Below, piece after piece: positions 40,907 to 55,528 of a stretch of DNA of 63,355 nucleotides. Within the stretch, counting starts at the first letter, position 1. Each line of letters opens with the position of its first letter. The stretch is from an uncultured virus (IMG/VR IMGVR_UViG_3300025674_009014) (Duplodnaviria; Heunggongvirae; Uroviricota; Caudoviricetes): IMG/VR virus record IMGVR_UViG_3300025674_009014, one strand, 5' to 3'. A program made the position numbers and the translations under genes. Below the pieces are notes generated by a model that was given only the letters and a program-made list of their open reading frames with translations, did not search any database and had not been told where the DNA came from.

Positions 40907-43900
40907 ATGTCACTATCTGAAGCACTTACGGATATAGAATTAATTAATACGTTTGAGGACTGGAGGCTCGAGACAAATAAAATCATCAAAGTCATCATGG
41001 AATCTAGTGACGATGATGTTTTAAATGGAATCGTGACAACAGATATTTCAGGTGCCACGTATATAAATGTTGTAAATTCTAATACAATAACATCTAACAT
41101 TGCAACTGGTGTAAATCTTGTATACACTGGTTCTGGTTCCAGAGTAAATTTTCAAGATGCTGATGTTATTTCATTGGGTATTGCTAGAGAAATAAAAGTT
41201 AATGGAGGACCAGTAGTTAGTGGTTCAAATCCAGATTCTTATATACAAAGTGTTCAAATAAGAGATAGTGAGATTTTATTGAATGGACAGGCATTAAGAT
41301 CCGATGGAACATCAGAAATAGACTTTACTGAAGCAACAATAACTAATTTAGGAGAAGTACAGAAATTAAATGTTTACCCTGTTGTTCCGATAGGTGGCAC
41401 AGGAACTGCAGGAACATTACACGGAGTCAGTTTAAAAATAAATAGCACCTACACCGGTACTTTAACAGTTCAAGATGGTACTCATAATTTTACAGGTGCG
41501 GTGTTACTAGGTCCCGAGATAGATTCAGGAGATTTTCATTCCGGAGTTATACACAGCTCTGATATTACAGTAAATACTGGTTCTTATTTTATATCAAATA
41601 CTAGTTCGATGCTTGCGACTAATGATAGTGCAAATGTTGCTGTAGGTAAATTTCCAGAATGGGCAGGAATAGGATCTTCTAGAATACCAACATCTTCTTC
41701 TGGTAGATTGCATATAAGAAGAGATTTTTCAAATCCCAATACTTTAAAAACTACTGTTGATACAAGAGGTGATGAATTTGTAATAGAAGGTAACACATCA
41801 GTCGGTATGACTTTATTGGCAAATAATGCTGCAAATTCATATCTTTTCTTTGGTGATAGCACTACACCAGCACAAGGATACATTAATCATAGTAATCCGA
41901 GCAATTATTTAACTTTCGGAACAAACAGTGCCGATAAGATGAGAATATATTCTGAATTTGGAGGAAGTGTACAAATACCAGGTGCAGGTCAGTTTGAAAC
42001 TATAAGTGGAAAATTACATATTCATCAATCTTCCACGGATTTAGCGCACGGTATTTTTGTGAATTCTGATAGAGGAGAATATAGTGCGGTCAGAGTTGAG
42101 AGTAATCAAACTACTGCAAATGTGTTAAACATTACAACCGCTTCTTTGACATCAGGTTCGATGGTTAATTTAAGATATGAACCTTCAACGATAAGTTTTA
42201 CAGGATCATTATTACAAATACATGATGACAATCAAACCGGTGATACTAGATCTTTGATTAAAATAGAGCAAAGCCATCCTCAAGCAACTGGCGTCAGGTT
42301 AATGGATTTATATACTCAATCAGGAAAAGGAATTTATATAAATCAAGATTCTGATAATTATACTTTATCAATTGATGCTGAAAATACTACAACGAATACT
42401 ATTGATATTTTAGTCGATAGTTTGTCTTCAGGTACTGGATTACATTTAAGATCTACGGCAGATCATACTTCAAATTTGGTTAGTTTTATTTCAAATGGTA
42501 CCGGTACGCAAGGTACTACACTGTATGTGAAAACAAGCGCCATAGATTTAGTTGATACAGTTTTAGTTGAAAATGATTCTTCTAAAATATTTCAAATTGA
42601 ATCCACGGGCAATGTTGGTATCAACATAAACGAACAAGAAGTTATTGTAAAGACAGGATTTAATACAGTAGGCTTTGCCTATGCTAATACTGCACTGTAC
42701 ACTCTGCATGTTGGTGGAACATTAGGGGTAGAAGCCAATTCTATATTTAATGGTTATGAAACAAGAGTTAATGCAAATCTTGTTGTACAGAATGCAAATA
42801 CTACAATTGCTGTTTTTGATGCTACTGATTCAGGATATTCCATTATTGGTATAGGTGAGAATGCAACTGAATTCCAAGACACTACATTATACTTATCTTA
42901 TCCAGGAGGTGACCGACAGGGTTATTCTTATATGGGAATGGGTCAAATTTTATTCGATCCTCCTCCAGGATCAGAGTTACAACAATATAGACCGAGAAGA
43001 TGGGCTATCGAATTTAATCAATATAACAATAGTCTTTATTTTCCAGGAATATTGACTGTTGCGAATAATGTGGTAGTGTCAAAAAATTTAAGTGTAGGAA
43101 GACATATAACAGGTGAGAGAACTATTACGATTGATGGTGATGCTAGTTTTGCTGATGATAGCGTTTTATTCATTGAAGAAGTGAATGGAAATGGATCCGT
43201 TTATTTTAAACACACTGCTGAATTTGCCAGTAATACACACATAAAGAAAAATCTGAGAGCTGCCACTGCAAATGTCGATGGAGAAATGACAGTAACCGGT
43301 AATACGGTAATTGGTCCTGATGGAACTTTTCATGTTGACACTCAAAGTTATATGATTGGAGAATCTACATTTAGATCAGATGTACTTATGGATGAAGATT
43401 TGACAATTACAAATGATTTAATTGTTGATGGTAATTTGATCACCTTTACAAGCAAAGATTCTAATTTCATAGTAAATGGTAATTTTCAATACACAGGTTA
43501 TAATGTTTTTGTTGAACACACTACATCAAATACCAATATTAGAGGTACGGTAAATTTAAAAGGTAATACTACTATTCATGCTGAAAATGTTTATATTAGC
43601 AGTACAACATCCAATACATTTACGCAAGGAAATATAACAGCCAGAGGAAATGTCACGCTCAACGGGACTAATTTAGACATTGCATCAAACACAGATATTG
43701 ATGGAACATTATATAATCAAGGTAACGTTTCATTGGTTAGCATCGATACTGGTGCTAGAACAGATGCCATTGTCAAAATCAATAGATCTACTGATCCAAC
43801 CCAGCATGGTAATACTGTTATTTTGGATAAATTGACAATAACTGGAAATACAAAAATTATTGAAAATCTTGTTGTTGATGGAGAAGTTAGTTTAAGTGGA

Positions 43901-44953
43901 TCATTAGATATGCCTTCTGGTGATATTTTTGCGAATAATATATTTGTAGAATATGATGCTACGGTTAAAGGAAACCTAAATGTTTCAGAAGGAGACATTT
44001 TAGGTAGTGATGACATGAGATTGAAAAATTTATTAACTATCACAGAAGGATATTTGACAGTTGCTAATGCTCAGGCAAATTCTTATTTTGCAGGTGATTT
44101 GACTGTGGGTAATAATGTGGTAATCAAAAAAGGCACTTTAACTATACAGGACGGTGATATTGTGGGTAGTGATGATTTGCATTTGAGAGGATTTTTGAGT
44201 GCGAATGGAAAAATAGGAACTAATCAGGAAATTGAAAGTAATGCTTTTATAATCACAACAGGTAGTCAAACTAATATTCTTGGTAATAATACTCTTAAAA
44301 TAACCGGTCCTGATCCTGCCCAAAATAGATCAGGAAATGTTTATATAACAGGAAATACCAACATAACTAAATCATTGTGGGTCTCTGCAAATTCTTTTTT
44401 TGGTGAAGATGTTTTCATTAAGGGTTCTGTTACTGCTGGAGACGTTATATATGAGGGAATTTCAGCAGATAGTTTAAATACTCCGTTGGTCAACGCTGAA
44501 GTTTTACAAGTTTCAACAACAACAACACTGGCAGATACCTTCATAGGAACTTCTGCAGATCCTGCAACTATTGAATTGGTCGGAACTGTTAGTATAGATG
44601 GAGAAATAACAATTGTAGGTGATATTGATTTAACAGGTTATGCATTAACGGCAGATACGGTGAATGTTATAGATATTAATATGACTGGTGCAATAAGTGG
44701 TGTAACTGATCTTGATTCTCAAACTCTTTCAATTTCATCTGTTGCACAATTAGCGGCATTAGAAGTTGAAACTGATGTTTTAATAAATGGTGTATTAAAT
44801 ACAGGAGATACTGAAATTAATGAGGATTTAAAAGTATTAGGGCGAATTGAGTGTGATGGTGTAGATTGTAGATTACCAGTTTATGATTCTGGAGGATCAT
44901 TATTAAATGGTCTTGAGTTAACTATTGATACCGCAAACATTCCAACCATTTAA
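40907..44953 (+). CDS. Tail fibre/whisker-like beta-rich protein (1348 aa)
   Basis: N-terminal NTFEDWRLETN anchor motif; GNVGI and LHIxx fibre motifs; many GNxTI/GDL beta-helix-like repeats. Confidence 0.7.
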   Translation: MSLSEALTDIELINTFEDWRLETNKIIKVIMESSDDDVLNGIVTTDISGATYINVVNSNTITSNIATGVNLVYTGSGSRVNFQDADVISLGIAREIKVNGGPVVSGSNPDSYIQSVQIRDSEILLNGQALRSDGTSEIDFTEATITNLGEVQKLNVYPVVPIGGTGTAGTLHGVSLKINSTYTGTLTVQDGTHNFTGAVLLGPEIDSGDFHSGVIHSSDITVNTGSYFISNTSSMLATNDSANVAVGKFPEWAGIGSSRIPTSSSGRLHIRRDFSNPNTLKTTVDTRGDEFVIEGNTSVGMTLLANNAANSYLFFGDSTTPAQGYINHSNPSNYLTFGTNSADKMRIYSEFGGSVQIPGAGQFETISGKLHIHQSSTDLAHGIFVNSDRGEYSAVRVESNQTTANVLNITTASLTSGSMVNLRYEPSTISFTGSLLQIHDDNQTGDTRSLIKIEQSHPQATGVRLMDLYTQSGKGIYINQDSDNYTLSIDAENTTTNTIDILVDSLSSGTGLHLRSTADHTSNLVSFISNGTGTQGTTLYVKTSAIDLVDTVLVENDSSKIFQIESTGNVGININEQEVIVKTGFNTVGFAYANTALYTLHVGGTLGVEANSIFNGYETRVNANLVVQNANTTIAVFDATDSGYSIIGIGENATEFQDTTLYLSYPGGDRQGYSYMGMGQILFDPPPGSELQQYRPRRWAIEFNQYNNSLYFPGILTVANNVVVSKNLSVGRHITGERTITIDGDASFADDSVLFIEEVNGNGSVYFKHTAEFASNTHIKKNLRAATANVDGEMTVTGNTVIGPDGTFHVDTQSYMIGESTFRSDVLMDEDLTITNDLIVDGNLITFTSKDSNFIVNGNFQYTGYNVFVEHTTSNTNIRGTVNLKGNTTIHAENVYISSTTSNTFTQGNITARGNVTLNGTNLDIASNTDIDGTLYNQGNVSLVSIDTGARTDAIVKINRSTDPTQHGNTVILDKLTITGNTKIIENLVVDGEVSLSGSLDMPSGDIFANNIFVEYDATVKGNLNVSEGDILGSDDMRLKNLLTITEGYLTVANAQANSYFAGDLTVGNNVVIKKGTLTIQDGDIVGSDDLHLRGFLSANGKIGTNQEIESNAFIITTGSQTNILGNNTLKITGPDPAQNRSGNVYITGNTNITKSLWVSANSFFGEDVFIKGSVTAGDVIYEGISADSLNTPLVNAEVLQVSTTTTLADTFIGTSADPATIELVGTVSIDGEITIVGDIDLTGYALTADTVNVIDINMTGAISGVTDLDSQTLSISSVAQLAALEVETDVLINGVLNTGDTEINEDLKVLGRIECDGVDCRLPVYDSGGSLLNGLELTIDTANIPTI

Positions 44954-44972
44954 TGTAAAACATAGGTAAAAC

Positions 44973-45980
44973 ATGTCTCGACCAACTACCAGATCAGAAC
45001 TTAAAGAATACGCTTTAAGGAATTTAGGTAAACCTGTAATTGAAATAAATGTTGATGACGATCAATTAGAGGACAGACTAGACGAGGCGTTACAGTATTT
45101 TCAAGAATATCATTTTGATGCGACTGAAAAAATTTACCATAAACATCAGATAACAGGTTCAACATTATTAATAGATTCTTCTAATGGAACATTAGAAAAC
45201 AATGAAACTATAACCGGATCAACATCTAATGCGACTGCGGTAGTTGTTTCTTCAAATAGCAGTATCATAACTTTCAAAGACCATAAAGATTCAAAAGGTA
45301 TTTCAAATAATAATACAGCTTCTAGTTTCACCAATGGTGAAACGATTACTGGATCAAAATCCGGTAGTACTATTATTACTCCATCAAGTGGAGACATAGT
45401 AACTTTTGGAGATGTTGACAATAAGTATATAGGTTTATCTGATGCCATAGTTGGAGTATTATCTATTTTTGATATTCAAGATACGAGTGGTTCACAAACA
45501 TCAAGTGATATGTTTTCATTCAGATATCAATTTCATTTAAATGAAATGCCATATTTGACGGCTGGTTCAATTATTAACTATAAAATGTCAATGCAACATA
45601 TTCAATTATTGAATGATATTTTTGTGGGTAAGAAGCCTATTAGATTTAATAGATTACAAAATAGATTGTATCTAGATCTAGATTGGAATTCTGATATTGA
45701 AATTGGCGAGTTTATTGTTGTAGAAGCATTTAGAATCATAGATCCAACAAAATTCGCAGACGTATATAATGATATGTTTTTAAAAAGATATGTCACAGCA
45801 TTATTCAAAAAACAATGGGGATCAAATTTGATCAAATATCAAGGTGTTTCATTACCGGGAGGTGTTACCCTTGACGGTAGACAACTTTATGATGATGCCA
45901 TAAATGAAATAAGAGAAATTGAAGAGCAAGTTCAAAATAGATTTCAATTACCTATTGACTTTATGGTAGGACCAGGTTAA
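44973..45980 (+). CDS. 13: Neck protein gp13
   Basis: LKEYALRNLGKPVIEINVDDDQLEDR.DEALQYFQEYHFD, KQWGSNL.KY.GV.LPGGVTLDG. Confidence 0.95.
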   Translation: MSRPTTRSELKEYALRNLGKPVIEINVDDDQLEDRLDEALQYFQEYHFDATEKIYHKHQITGSTLLIDSSNGTLENNETITGSTSNATAVVVSSNSSIITFKDHKDSKGISNNNTASSFTNGETITGSKSGSTIITPSSGDIVTFGDVDNKYIGLSDAIVGVLSIFDIQDTSGSQTSSDMFSFRYQFHLNEMPYLTAGSIINYKMSMQHIQLLNDIFVGKKPIRFNRLQNRLYLDLDWNSDIEIGEFIVVEAFRIIDPTKFADVYNDMFLKRYVTALFKKQWGSNLIKYQGVSLPGGVTLDGRQLYDDAINEIREIEEQVQNRFQLPIDFMVGPG

Positions 45981-46846
45981 TGGCAACAAATCCATATTTT
46001 AATCACTTTCAAAATGCACCAGAGCAAAATTTACATCAAGATTTGATAATTGAGTCTATTAAAAATTTTGGAATTGATGTATATTACTTGCCTAGAACAT
46101 TAGTTAATCTAGATTCATTATATCTAGAAGATACTATATCTGAATTTTCAAATGCTTATTTAATTGAGATGTATGTTAAATCAGTTGATGGTTTTGAGGG
46201 CGAAGGTGATTTTATTTCTAGATTTGGATTAGAGATTAGAGATCAAGTAACATTTTCTGTTGCTAGAAGAAGATGGGATAATTTAGAAATTCTAGATTAT
46301 GTCAGACCTAAAGAAGGCGATTTAATATTTTTTCCATTAAATAAAAAACTTTATGAAATAAGGTTTGTAGAACATGAATCCATGTTCTATCAATTTGGAA
46401 AACTTCCTATCTATGATTTAACATGTGAATTATTTCAATATGATGATCAATCAATCGATACTGGTATTGATGATATTGATGTCATCGAAGAAAAATATTC
46501 ATACTCAATTGAAGTAATTTTAGATGGTAATACTGGATCAGGTGAGTATCAAAATAATGAATACATATATGTTGGTGATAATTTTGAAACATCTAATACA
46601 ACCGCAAAAGTTTTGAGTTGGAATTCAATTGACAGTGTATTAAAAATTACTGATATTGTGGGAACTTTTTCGGTTTCACAAAATGTAATAGGTCAAACAA
46701 GCGGAGCAGAATACACGATATCTACAACTCCAAATACACAAGTATTTGTCAATGATTCTACGGCAGATAATGTGACAATTGAAACAGAAGCTGATGGAAT
46801 TATAGACTTTTCGGAAACAAATCCTTTTTCAGAAAGTAATTACTAA
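45980..46846 (+). CDS. 14: Neck protein gp14
   Basis: EQNL.QDLIIESI..GIDVYYLPR, GFEGEGDFISRFGLEIRD, RPKEGDLIFFPL, DFSETNPF. Confidence 0.95.
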   Translation: MATNPYFNHFQNAPEQNLHQDLIIESIKNFGIDVYYLPRTLVNLDSLYLEDTISEFSNAYLIEMYVKSVDGFEGEGDFISRFGLEIRDQVTFSVARRRWDNLEILDYVRPKEGDLIFFPLNKKLYEIRFVEHESMFYQFGKLPIYDLTCELFQYDDQSIDTGIDDIDVIEEKYSYSIEVILDGNTGSGEYQNNEYIYVGDNFETSNTTAKVLSWNSIDSVLKITDIVGTFSVSQNVIGQTSGAEYTISTTPNTQVFVNDSTADNVTIETEADGIIDFSETNPFSESNY

Positions 46847-47196
46847 ATTTTAGTTGCTTCTGGTATAACAGTTATCATACCATCAACAATTCTTTCTTTC
46901 GTGATACCGTCAGATTGCAAATATTCTACATCATATACATAAAGACCTGAGGGTATATTTGCCGTATCAGTTGCTGAAGCGGATATTGTCACATTACTTC
47001 CTGAGATGGAAGTTGTGAATGTTAATATTAGAGATGTGTTGGTTGTGGTATAATTTTTTCTCATCTGAGAAAAACAAGAACCTGTACTGATGCTCACATT
47101 TTGACTATTTGCATTTTTAGTTACAAATGTTTTTTCAAATGTTGAGCCTTGATAAAGAGTTAAATTTTGTCCTTGAGTTTTGATTGATGTTGCCAT
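46843..47196 (-). CDS. Small Ig/BppU-like virion-associated protein
   Basis: NLTLYQGSTF..SQMRKNY..ISASATDTANIPSGLYVYDVE..RIVDGMITVIPEAT; has its own late promoter. Confidence 0.7.
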   Translation of the reverse strand: MATSIKTQGQNLTLYQGSTFEKTFVTKNANSQNVSISTGSCFSQMRKNYTTTNTSLILTFTTSISGSNVTISASATDTANIPSGLYVYDVEYLQSDGITKERIVDGMITVIPEATKI

Positions 47197-47201
47197 GTAA
47201 C

Positions 47202-47209
47202 TATTTATA
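47202..47209 (-). promoter_or_regulatory. Perfect T4 late promoter TATAAATA
   Basis: 5 nt before the ATG at 47196; no SD. Confidence 0.7.
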
Positions 47210-47211
47210 AA

Positions 47212-47219
47212 ACTAAATA
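47212..47219 (+). promoter_or_regulatory. Late promoter variant ACTAAATA for gene 15
   Basis: Back-to-back with the minus-strand box; GGAG SD at 47241. Confidence 0.55.
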
Positions 47220-47248
47220 TTACAAATATTAAAAAATTTTGGAGTAAA

Positions 47249-48166
47249 ATGTTAGGACAAACTTTCTACCATCAAACCATTAGAAAATATGTAGCTGTTT
47301 TTGGCACATTATTCAATGATATTAGCATTCAGAAAAAAAATTCTAGTGGAAATATTGTATCTACCATTAAAGTTCCAGTCGCTTATGGACCTAAGCAGAA
47401 GTTTTTAAACAGATTACAATCTGATCCAAACTTAGATCGTCAAATATCGATTAAATTACCCAGAATTGGTTTTGAAATGACCAATATTAATTATGATCCA
47501 GAGAGAAAATTAAATCCTATTGGCAGACAATTCAGAAAAAGTTTTGATGATGGTAACAGAATACTGAAATCGTTATATAATCCAAATCCATATACATTTG
47601 ATTTTAGTTTGTTTTTATTTGTTGAAAATGCTGAAGATGGTACACAAATATTAGAACAGATTTTACCTTTTTTTACTCCAGAATTTACAGTCAGTGTAAA
47701 TATTCTTACGGAAATGGGTATTAAATTAGATGTTCCAATTATTTTAAATTCCGCATCAGTAGAAGATGAGTATATAGGTGATTTTACTCAAAGGAGAGCA
47801 ATAGTTTGGACTTTAGATTTTACTTTAAAAGGTTTCATATATCCTAATATAAAATCATCTGATAAAATAATAAAATCCATTTCTATAGCATTCAGAGATT
47901 TAGACATTAATAATCAGGGTGAGTTTAATTTAGATTATTTGGAGTTGGAAAGTTCAACTAATTATGCGAATGAAAGAATCAAATTAGAAAATGATGATTA
48001 TTTTCTTTTTGAAACTAGCAATGATAATTTAAGTCATAGAAATGTAATATCAGATATTACCATTGAACCTCAGACAGAAAACAGTAAAGAATTGGTTGAC
48101 AAGACCTTAACAATTTTCAATCCTCCAGTATTGTATGATGCTGACACAGATGAGTATGAATCATGA
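47249..48166 (+). CDS. 15: Tail sheath stabiliser/terminator gp15
   Basis: FYHQTIRKYVAVFGTLFNDI, KVPVAYGPKQKFL.RL, LPRIGFEM, QILEQILPFF.P. Confidence 0.95.
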   Translation: MLGQTFYHQTIRKYVAVFGTLFNDISIQKKNSSGNIVSTIKVPVAYGPKQKFLNRLQSDPNLDRQISIKLPRIGFEMTNINYDPERKLNPIGRQFRKSFDDGNRILKSLYNPNPYTFDFSLFLFVENAEDGTQILEQILPFFTPEFTVSVNILTEMGIKLDVPIILNSASVEDEYIGDFTQRRAIVWTLDFTLKGFIYPNIKSSDKIIKSISIAFRDLDINNQGEFNLDYLELESSTNYANERIKLENDDYFLFETSNDNLSHRNVISDITIEPQTENSKELVDKTLTIFNPPVLYDADTDEYES

Positions 48167-48498
48167 AATATTTTATTTTAGTGCTATTATTTTTATCTTC
48201 TTGTACTATAAAGGAGAAAGAACAAATTGATCCGTGGAAATCAACTATTATACAATATGGCATGATTAGTTGTATGAAAAGTTTGACAGAAGTTTATGAT
48301 AAAAAATATGTTAATGATAAAAAATGGAATGGTCAAAAAGTTGCATTGCATTGTGGGTGTTCAATAGATCACTTGAGAAAAAAATTTCCGCAAGAGTATT
48401 TTATGACAAAATTAAGAAATAATGAATTAGGTGAAGAATTAAAAAATGCAAGTGATTATTGCAAAAATATTAATGGTAATTGGTATGAGGAAAAATGA
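48163..48498 (+). CDS. Putative lipoprotein (111 aa)
   Basis: MKYFILVLLFLSS|C lipobox-like signal; four further Cys residues. Confidence 0.6.
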   Translation: MKYFILVLLFLSSCTIKEKEQIDPWKSTIIQYGMISCMKSLTEVYDKKYVNDKKWNGQKVALHCGCSIDHLRKKFPQEYFMTKLRNNELGEELKNASDYCKNINGNWYEEK

Positions 48499-48896
48499 AA
48501 GAATTTTCTGAAAAATTAGATGATTTACTTGACATATCAAGTGAAATCAGATACAGTTCAAATGTTGTTGAAAAAGTGAAAGTCGAATCAAATGAAGAAG
48601 ATGTGGAAAATGACTACAAATATGCTAGAGAAAATATTTATAATATTATTGAAAGAGGTCAAGATGCTATCAGTGAATTGATGCAAGAAGCTAAAGATAG
48701 CGGTAATGCTAGAATGTATGAAGTTTTGGGACAATTAATAAAAACTGTCGGTGAACAAAATCAAAATTTGTTAAATGTCCATAAGCAGATAAAAGATATA
48801 ACAAAAGAAACAAAATCATCTCCTAAAAACGTTACTAATGCTCTATTCGTGGGTAGCACAGCAGAATTACAAAAAATGTTAAAGGATAAGGATTAA
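48495..48896 (+). CDS. 16: Terminase small subunit gp16
   Basis: DYKYARENIYNIIERGQDAI, RMYEVLGQLIK, NNAL-like TNALFVGSTAELQKML. Confidence 0.93.
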   Translation: MKEFSEKLDDLLDISSEIRYSSNVVEKVKVESNEEDVENDYKYARENIYNIIERGQDAISELMQEAKDSGNARMYEVLGQLIKTVGEQNQNLLNVHKQIKDITKETKSSPKNVTNALFVGSTAELQKMLKDKD

Positions 48897-48899
48897 AAA

Positions 48900-52458
<3,559 letters not shown>

Positions 52459-52463
52459 AAAAA

Positions 52464-52471
52464 TATTTATA
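52464..52471 (-). promoter_or_regulatory. Perfect late promoter TATAAATA for the HNH gene
   Basis: 5 nt before the ATG at 52458; no SD. Confidence 0.65.
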
Positions 52472-52509
52472 TCATAATAAATAAGTAACGGTCTGAAAAA
52501 TGATATTTT

Positions 52510-52517
52510 AATAAATA
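52510..52517 (+). promoter_or_regulatory. Late promoter AATAAATA for gene 18 (second copy at 52476-52483)
   Basis: Upstream of the AGGAGA SD (52548) and the ATG at 52558. Confidence 0.6.
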
Positions 52518-52557
52518 TGAATAGTATGAATTTATAAACGAGATCACAGGAGAAAGT

Positions 52558-54891
52558 ATGGCATTTATGGTTAGTCCAGGGGTAAATGTTTCTGAAGTTG
52601 ATTTGACCACTAGGGTACCAATTCCTTCAACATCCGTTGGAGCATTTTCAGGACTTTTTAAATGGGGCCCAATAAACGAAATTGTATCTGTTGTAGATGA
52701 TAATGATTTAGTTGCAAAATTTGGTAAAACAGATCAATACACATATCCATCAGTTATGACAGCAGCTAGTTTTTTGTCTTATTCTAATAATCTACAAGTA
52801 GTACGTGCTGCAAATACAAGTTTGGCAAAAAACTCTTCTACTTCAGGAACTGGAATTTTAGTTGAAAATGATGATGATTATGAAAAGAATTTTGAAAGTA
52901 CAGGAAGTGATGGAATTAATTTTTGCGCAAAATATCCTGGTAGTATAGGAGATAGTTTAAAAGTTAGCATGTGTTTACCTGACAGAGCAAATACAGAAAT
53001 ATCTGCCGATGGTTCTGTAAGACTTGCGGCAAACACTAAAGTTGCATTAACTGGTTTATTTGATGCAGATCCTAATGTAACTTTATTTGAAGGAACAGGC
53101 GGTAACGATGTTGCAAATGAATTGCGTGTTGGAGATGTAATTGAAATACACGGAGGAAATGTTGGTGTCGTAACAAATGTTGCAAGTAATACTAGTTTCA
53201 CGGCAGTAAAGTATGATCCAAATAATGCAGGTAATGTTGAAATAAATTTATTTGAGGAATCATCTGTTGCGGCAAATACTATCATTAGATATGCTCGATC
53301 AGCATTTGAAGAAAGTGAGACTATTTTTGGAACAATTAGTATTCCTTCAAATTCAAAAAGCGTAATTGGATCAAAAACATTTTTTCAATATCAAATTAGT
53401 GTCGGAGACATATTAAGATTTACTGATTCACAAGGTGTGGATGTGGCAAGAAAAGTTGCATCAATAGAATCCAATTTTGCATTAACATTAGTCGAACCTG
53501 TAGATAATTCTGTTTCTGCAGCTAGTTTTTCCAGAGAATGGGAATATAGAAGTAGTTTCGAAAATGCACCTTTAACCAGTGCCTTTGCGGCAAAAGAAAC
53601 AGGAAATAAAGATATTTTAGATGAAATTCATTTAATTGTTTTGGATGAAGATGGTTTGATTACTGGAACTCCAGATAAAAGAGGTTTTGGAACAAAATCT
53701 TCAGTTTCAGTTTTAGAAAGATATCCAAATCTTTCTGTGGCAAGTAATGCTGTAGGAGAAAATGGTAACAGTGTATATTATAAAGAAATAATAAATCGTA
53801 ATTCTCAATTTGTTAGATGGTTGGATCATGATAGTACTGGTGATGGAATTGTGTTTGGTTCATCAACATTGAGTAATTCTTGGGGTAGTCAATTATCATT
53901 TGGTGAAACAAAACCTTTTAACGGAAGTTATTCATTGAATTTAGGTGGTAATATTGGATCTGCTAGATTTAATGCAACAAATTCTCTATCAGGAGGAGAT
54001 GATGGTAATTCATCAGCAAGTGATGCCGATAGAATCGCAGGTTTTAATTTCTTTAGAAATCCGGAAGATATTGATGTCTCCTTAGTGATGACTGGAGAAG
54101 TTTCTGAGATTGTGCAGACTTATGTTATTAATAACATATGTGAATATAGAAAAGATTGCGTTGCGTTTGTATCACCAACTTATTCTGATGTATCAACAAG
54201 AGGATCTGAAGTCAATAATATTGTGACAAAAAGATCGAAACTACCAAGTTCTAGTTATGCAGTTATGGATGGTAATTTTAAATATGCTTTTGATAGATTT
54301 TCAAGTGTAAATAGATACATACCTTTGAATGGTGATCTTGCTGGTTTATGTGCGCAATCTGATAATCAAAATCCATTCGTATCACCTGCTGGCTTTAATA
54401 GAGGAAACATAAGAAATGTTACAAAATTAGCCTATAACCCTACTTTAGCAGATAGAGATAGACTTTATGGTGCTGGTGTTAATCCTGTAATTTCTCTACC
54501 AGGAGGCGGTACAATATTATTTGGCGATAAAACATTATTATCAAAACCATCAGCATTCGATAGAATAAATGTCAGAAGACTTTTCATTATTCTAGAAAAA
54601 GCAATTGCTAATGCTGCTCAGTTTTCATTGTTCGAATTCAATGATGAATTCACAAGAGCAAGTTTTGTTAGTTTAGTAGAACCATTTTTAAGAGATGTTC
54701 AAGGTAGAAGAGGTATTACTGATTATAGAATAGTGTGTGATTCTACAAATAATCCTCCGGTTGTTGTGGATAGAAATGAATTCAGAGGAGATATTTTCAT
54801 TAAACCAAGTAGATCTATCAATTTCATTAATTTAAACTTTGTTGCGGTATCAACAGGTGTAGAATTTAGTGAAGTAATCAACGCAATATAA
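52558..54891 (+). CDS. 18: Tail sheath protein gp18
   Basis: SPGVNVSEVDLT, FKWGP, RKDCVAFVSP, SPAGFNRG, GDKTL..SAFDRINVRRLF, IKPSRSINFI.LNFVA. Confidence 0.97.
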   Translation: MAFMVSPGVNVSEVDLTTRVPIPSTSVGAFSGLFKWGPINEIVSVVDDNDLVAKFGKTDQYTYPSVMTAASFLSYSNNLQVVRAANTSLAKNSSTSGTGILVENDDDYEKNFESTGSDGINFCAKYPGSIGDSLKVSMCLPDRANTEISADGSVRLAANTKVALTGLFDADPNVTLFEGTGGNDVANELRVGDVIEIHGGNVGVVTNVASNTSFTAVKYDPNNAGNVEINLFEESSVAANTIIRYARSAFEESETIFGTISIPSNSKSVIGSKTFFQYQISVGDILRFTDSQGVDVARKVASIESNFALTLVEPVDNSVSAASFSREWEYRSSFENAPLTSAFAAKETGNKDILDEIHLIVLDEDGLITGTPDKRGFGTKSSVSVLERYPNLSVASNAVGENGNSVYYKEIINRNSQFVRWLDHDSTGDGIVFGSSTLSNSWGSQLSFGETKPFNGSYSLNLGGNIGSARFNATNSLSGGDDGNSSASDADRIAGFNFFRNPEDIDVSLVMTGEVSEIVQTYVINNICEYRKDCVAFVSPTYSDVSTRGSEVNNIVTKRSKLPSSSYAVMDGNFKYAFDRFSSVNRYIPLNGDLAGLCAQSDNQNPFVSPAGFNRGNIRNVTKLAYNPTLADRDRLYGAGVNPVISLPGGGTILFGDKTLLSKPSAFDRINVRRLFIILEKAIANAAQFSLFEFNDEFTRASFVSLVEPFLRDVQGRRGITDYRIVCDSTNNPPVVVDRNEFRGDIFIKPSRSINFINLNFVAVSTGVEFSEVINAI

Positions 54892-54904
54892 GGAGTAAAA
54901 AAAT

Positions 54905-55507
54905 ATGGCTTTTAATGTATCGACTTTTCGCAGTAAAATGAAACATGATGGAGCAAGACCTAATTTATTTAAAGTCTTGATGACAACACCCGCTATAAAT
55001 TCTAGATTAGTTCCTGGAGCTGATTTAGAATATTTTGTTAGAGCTACTAGCATACCAGGATCTACTATCGGAACAGTAACAGTTCCTTATATGGGTAGAG
55101 AAATAAAACTAGCAGGAAATAGAACATTTGCTGATTGGACTGTGACAGTTATAAATGACGAAAACTTTAGTTATAGAGGTCTATTTGAAGAATGGATGGA
55201 TTCAATAAACCTTCATCAGGCTAATTATAGACAGGGAACCGGTACTAGTACTGATTATACTGACCCAAGCGGCACGGTTGTACAACAATTAGCTAAAACT
55301 GGAGATTTTAGTAGTCCACAAGTTGTCAGGCAATATAAATTCTATAATTTGTTTCCGATTGATATAAGTGAGATAACATTAGATTGGGGAGATAATGATT
55401 CTGTTGAAGAATTTACAGTAACATTTGCTTACGATTATTGGAAAACAGAAGCCCCTAATCCTAAAACAGGAGGAACGGGTCCCGAAGGACTAAGAGCAAC
55501 CGGATAA
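54905..55507 (+). CDS. 19: Tail tube protein gp19
   Basis: GARPNLFKV, IPGSTIG..VPYMGREIKLAGNRTFADWTVTVIND, EEFTVTFAYDYW. Confidence 0.96.
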   Translation: MAFNVSTFRSKMKHDGARPNLFKVLMTTPAINSRLVPGADLEYFVRATSIPGSTIGTVTVPYMGREIKLAGNRTFADWTVTVINDENFSYRGLFEEWMDSINLHQANYRQGTGTSTDYTDPSGTVVQQLAKTGDFSSPQVVRQYKFYNLFPIDISEITLDWGDNDSVEEFTVTFAYDYWKTEAPNPKTGGTGPEGLRATG

Positions 55508-55528
55508 TTTTAATCCATTTTATCATTT

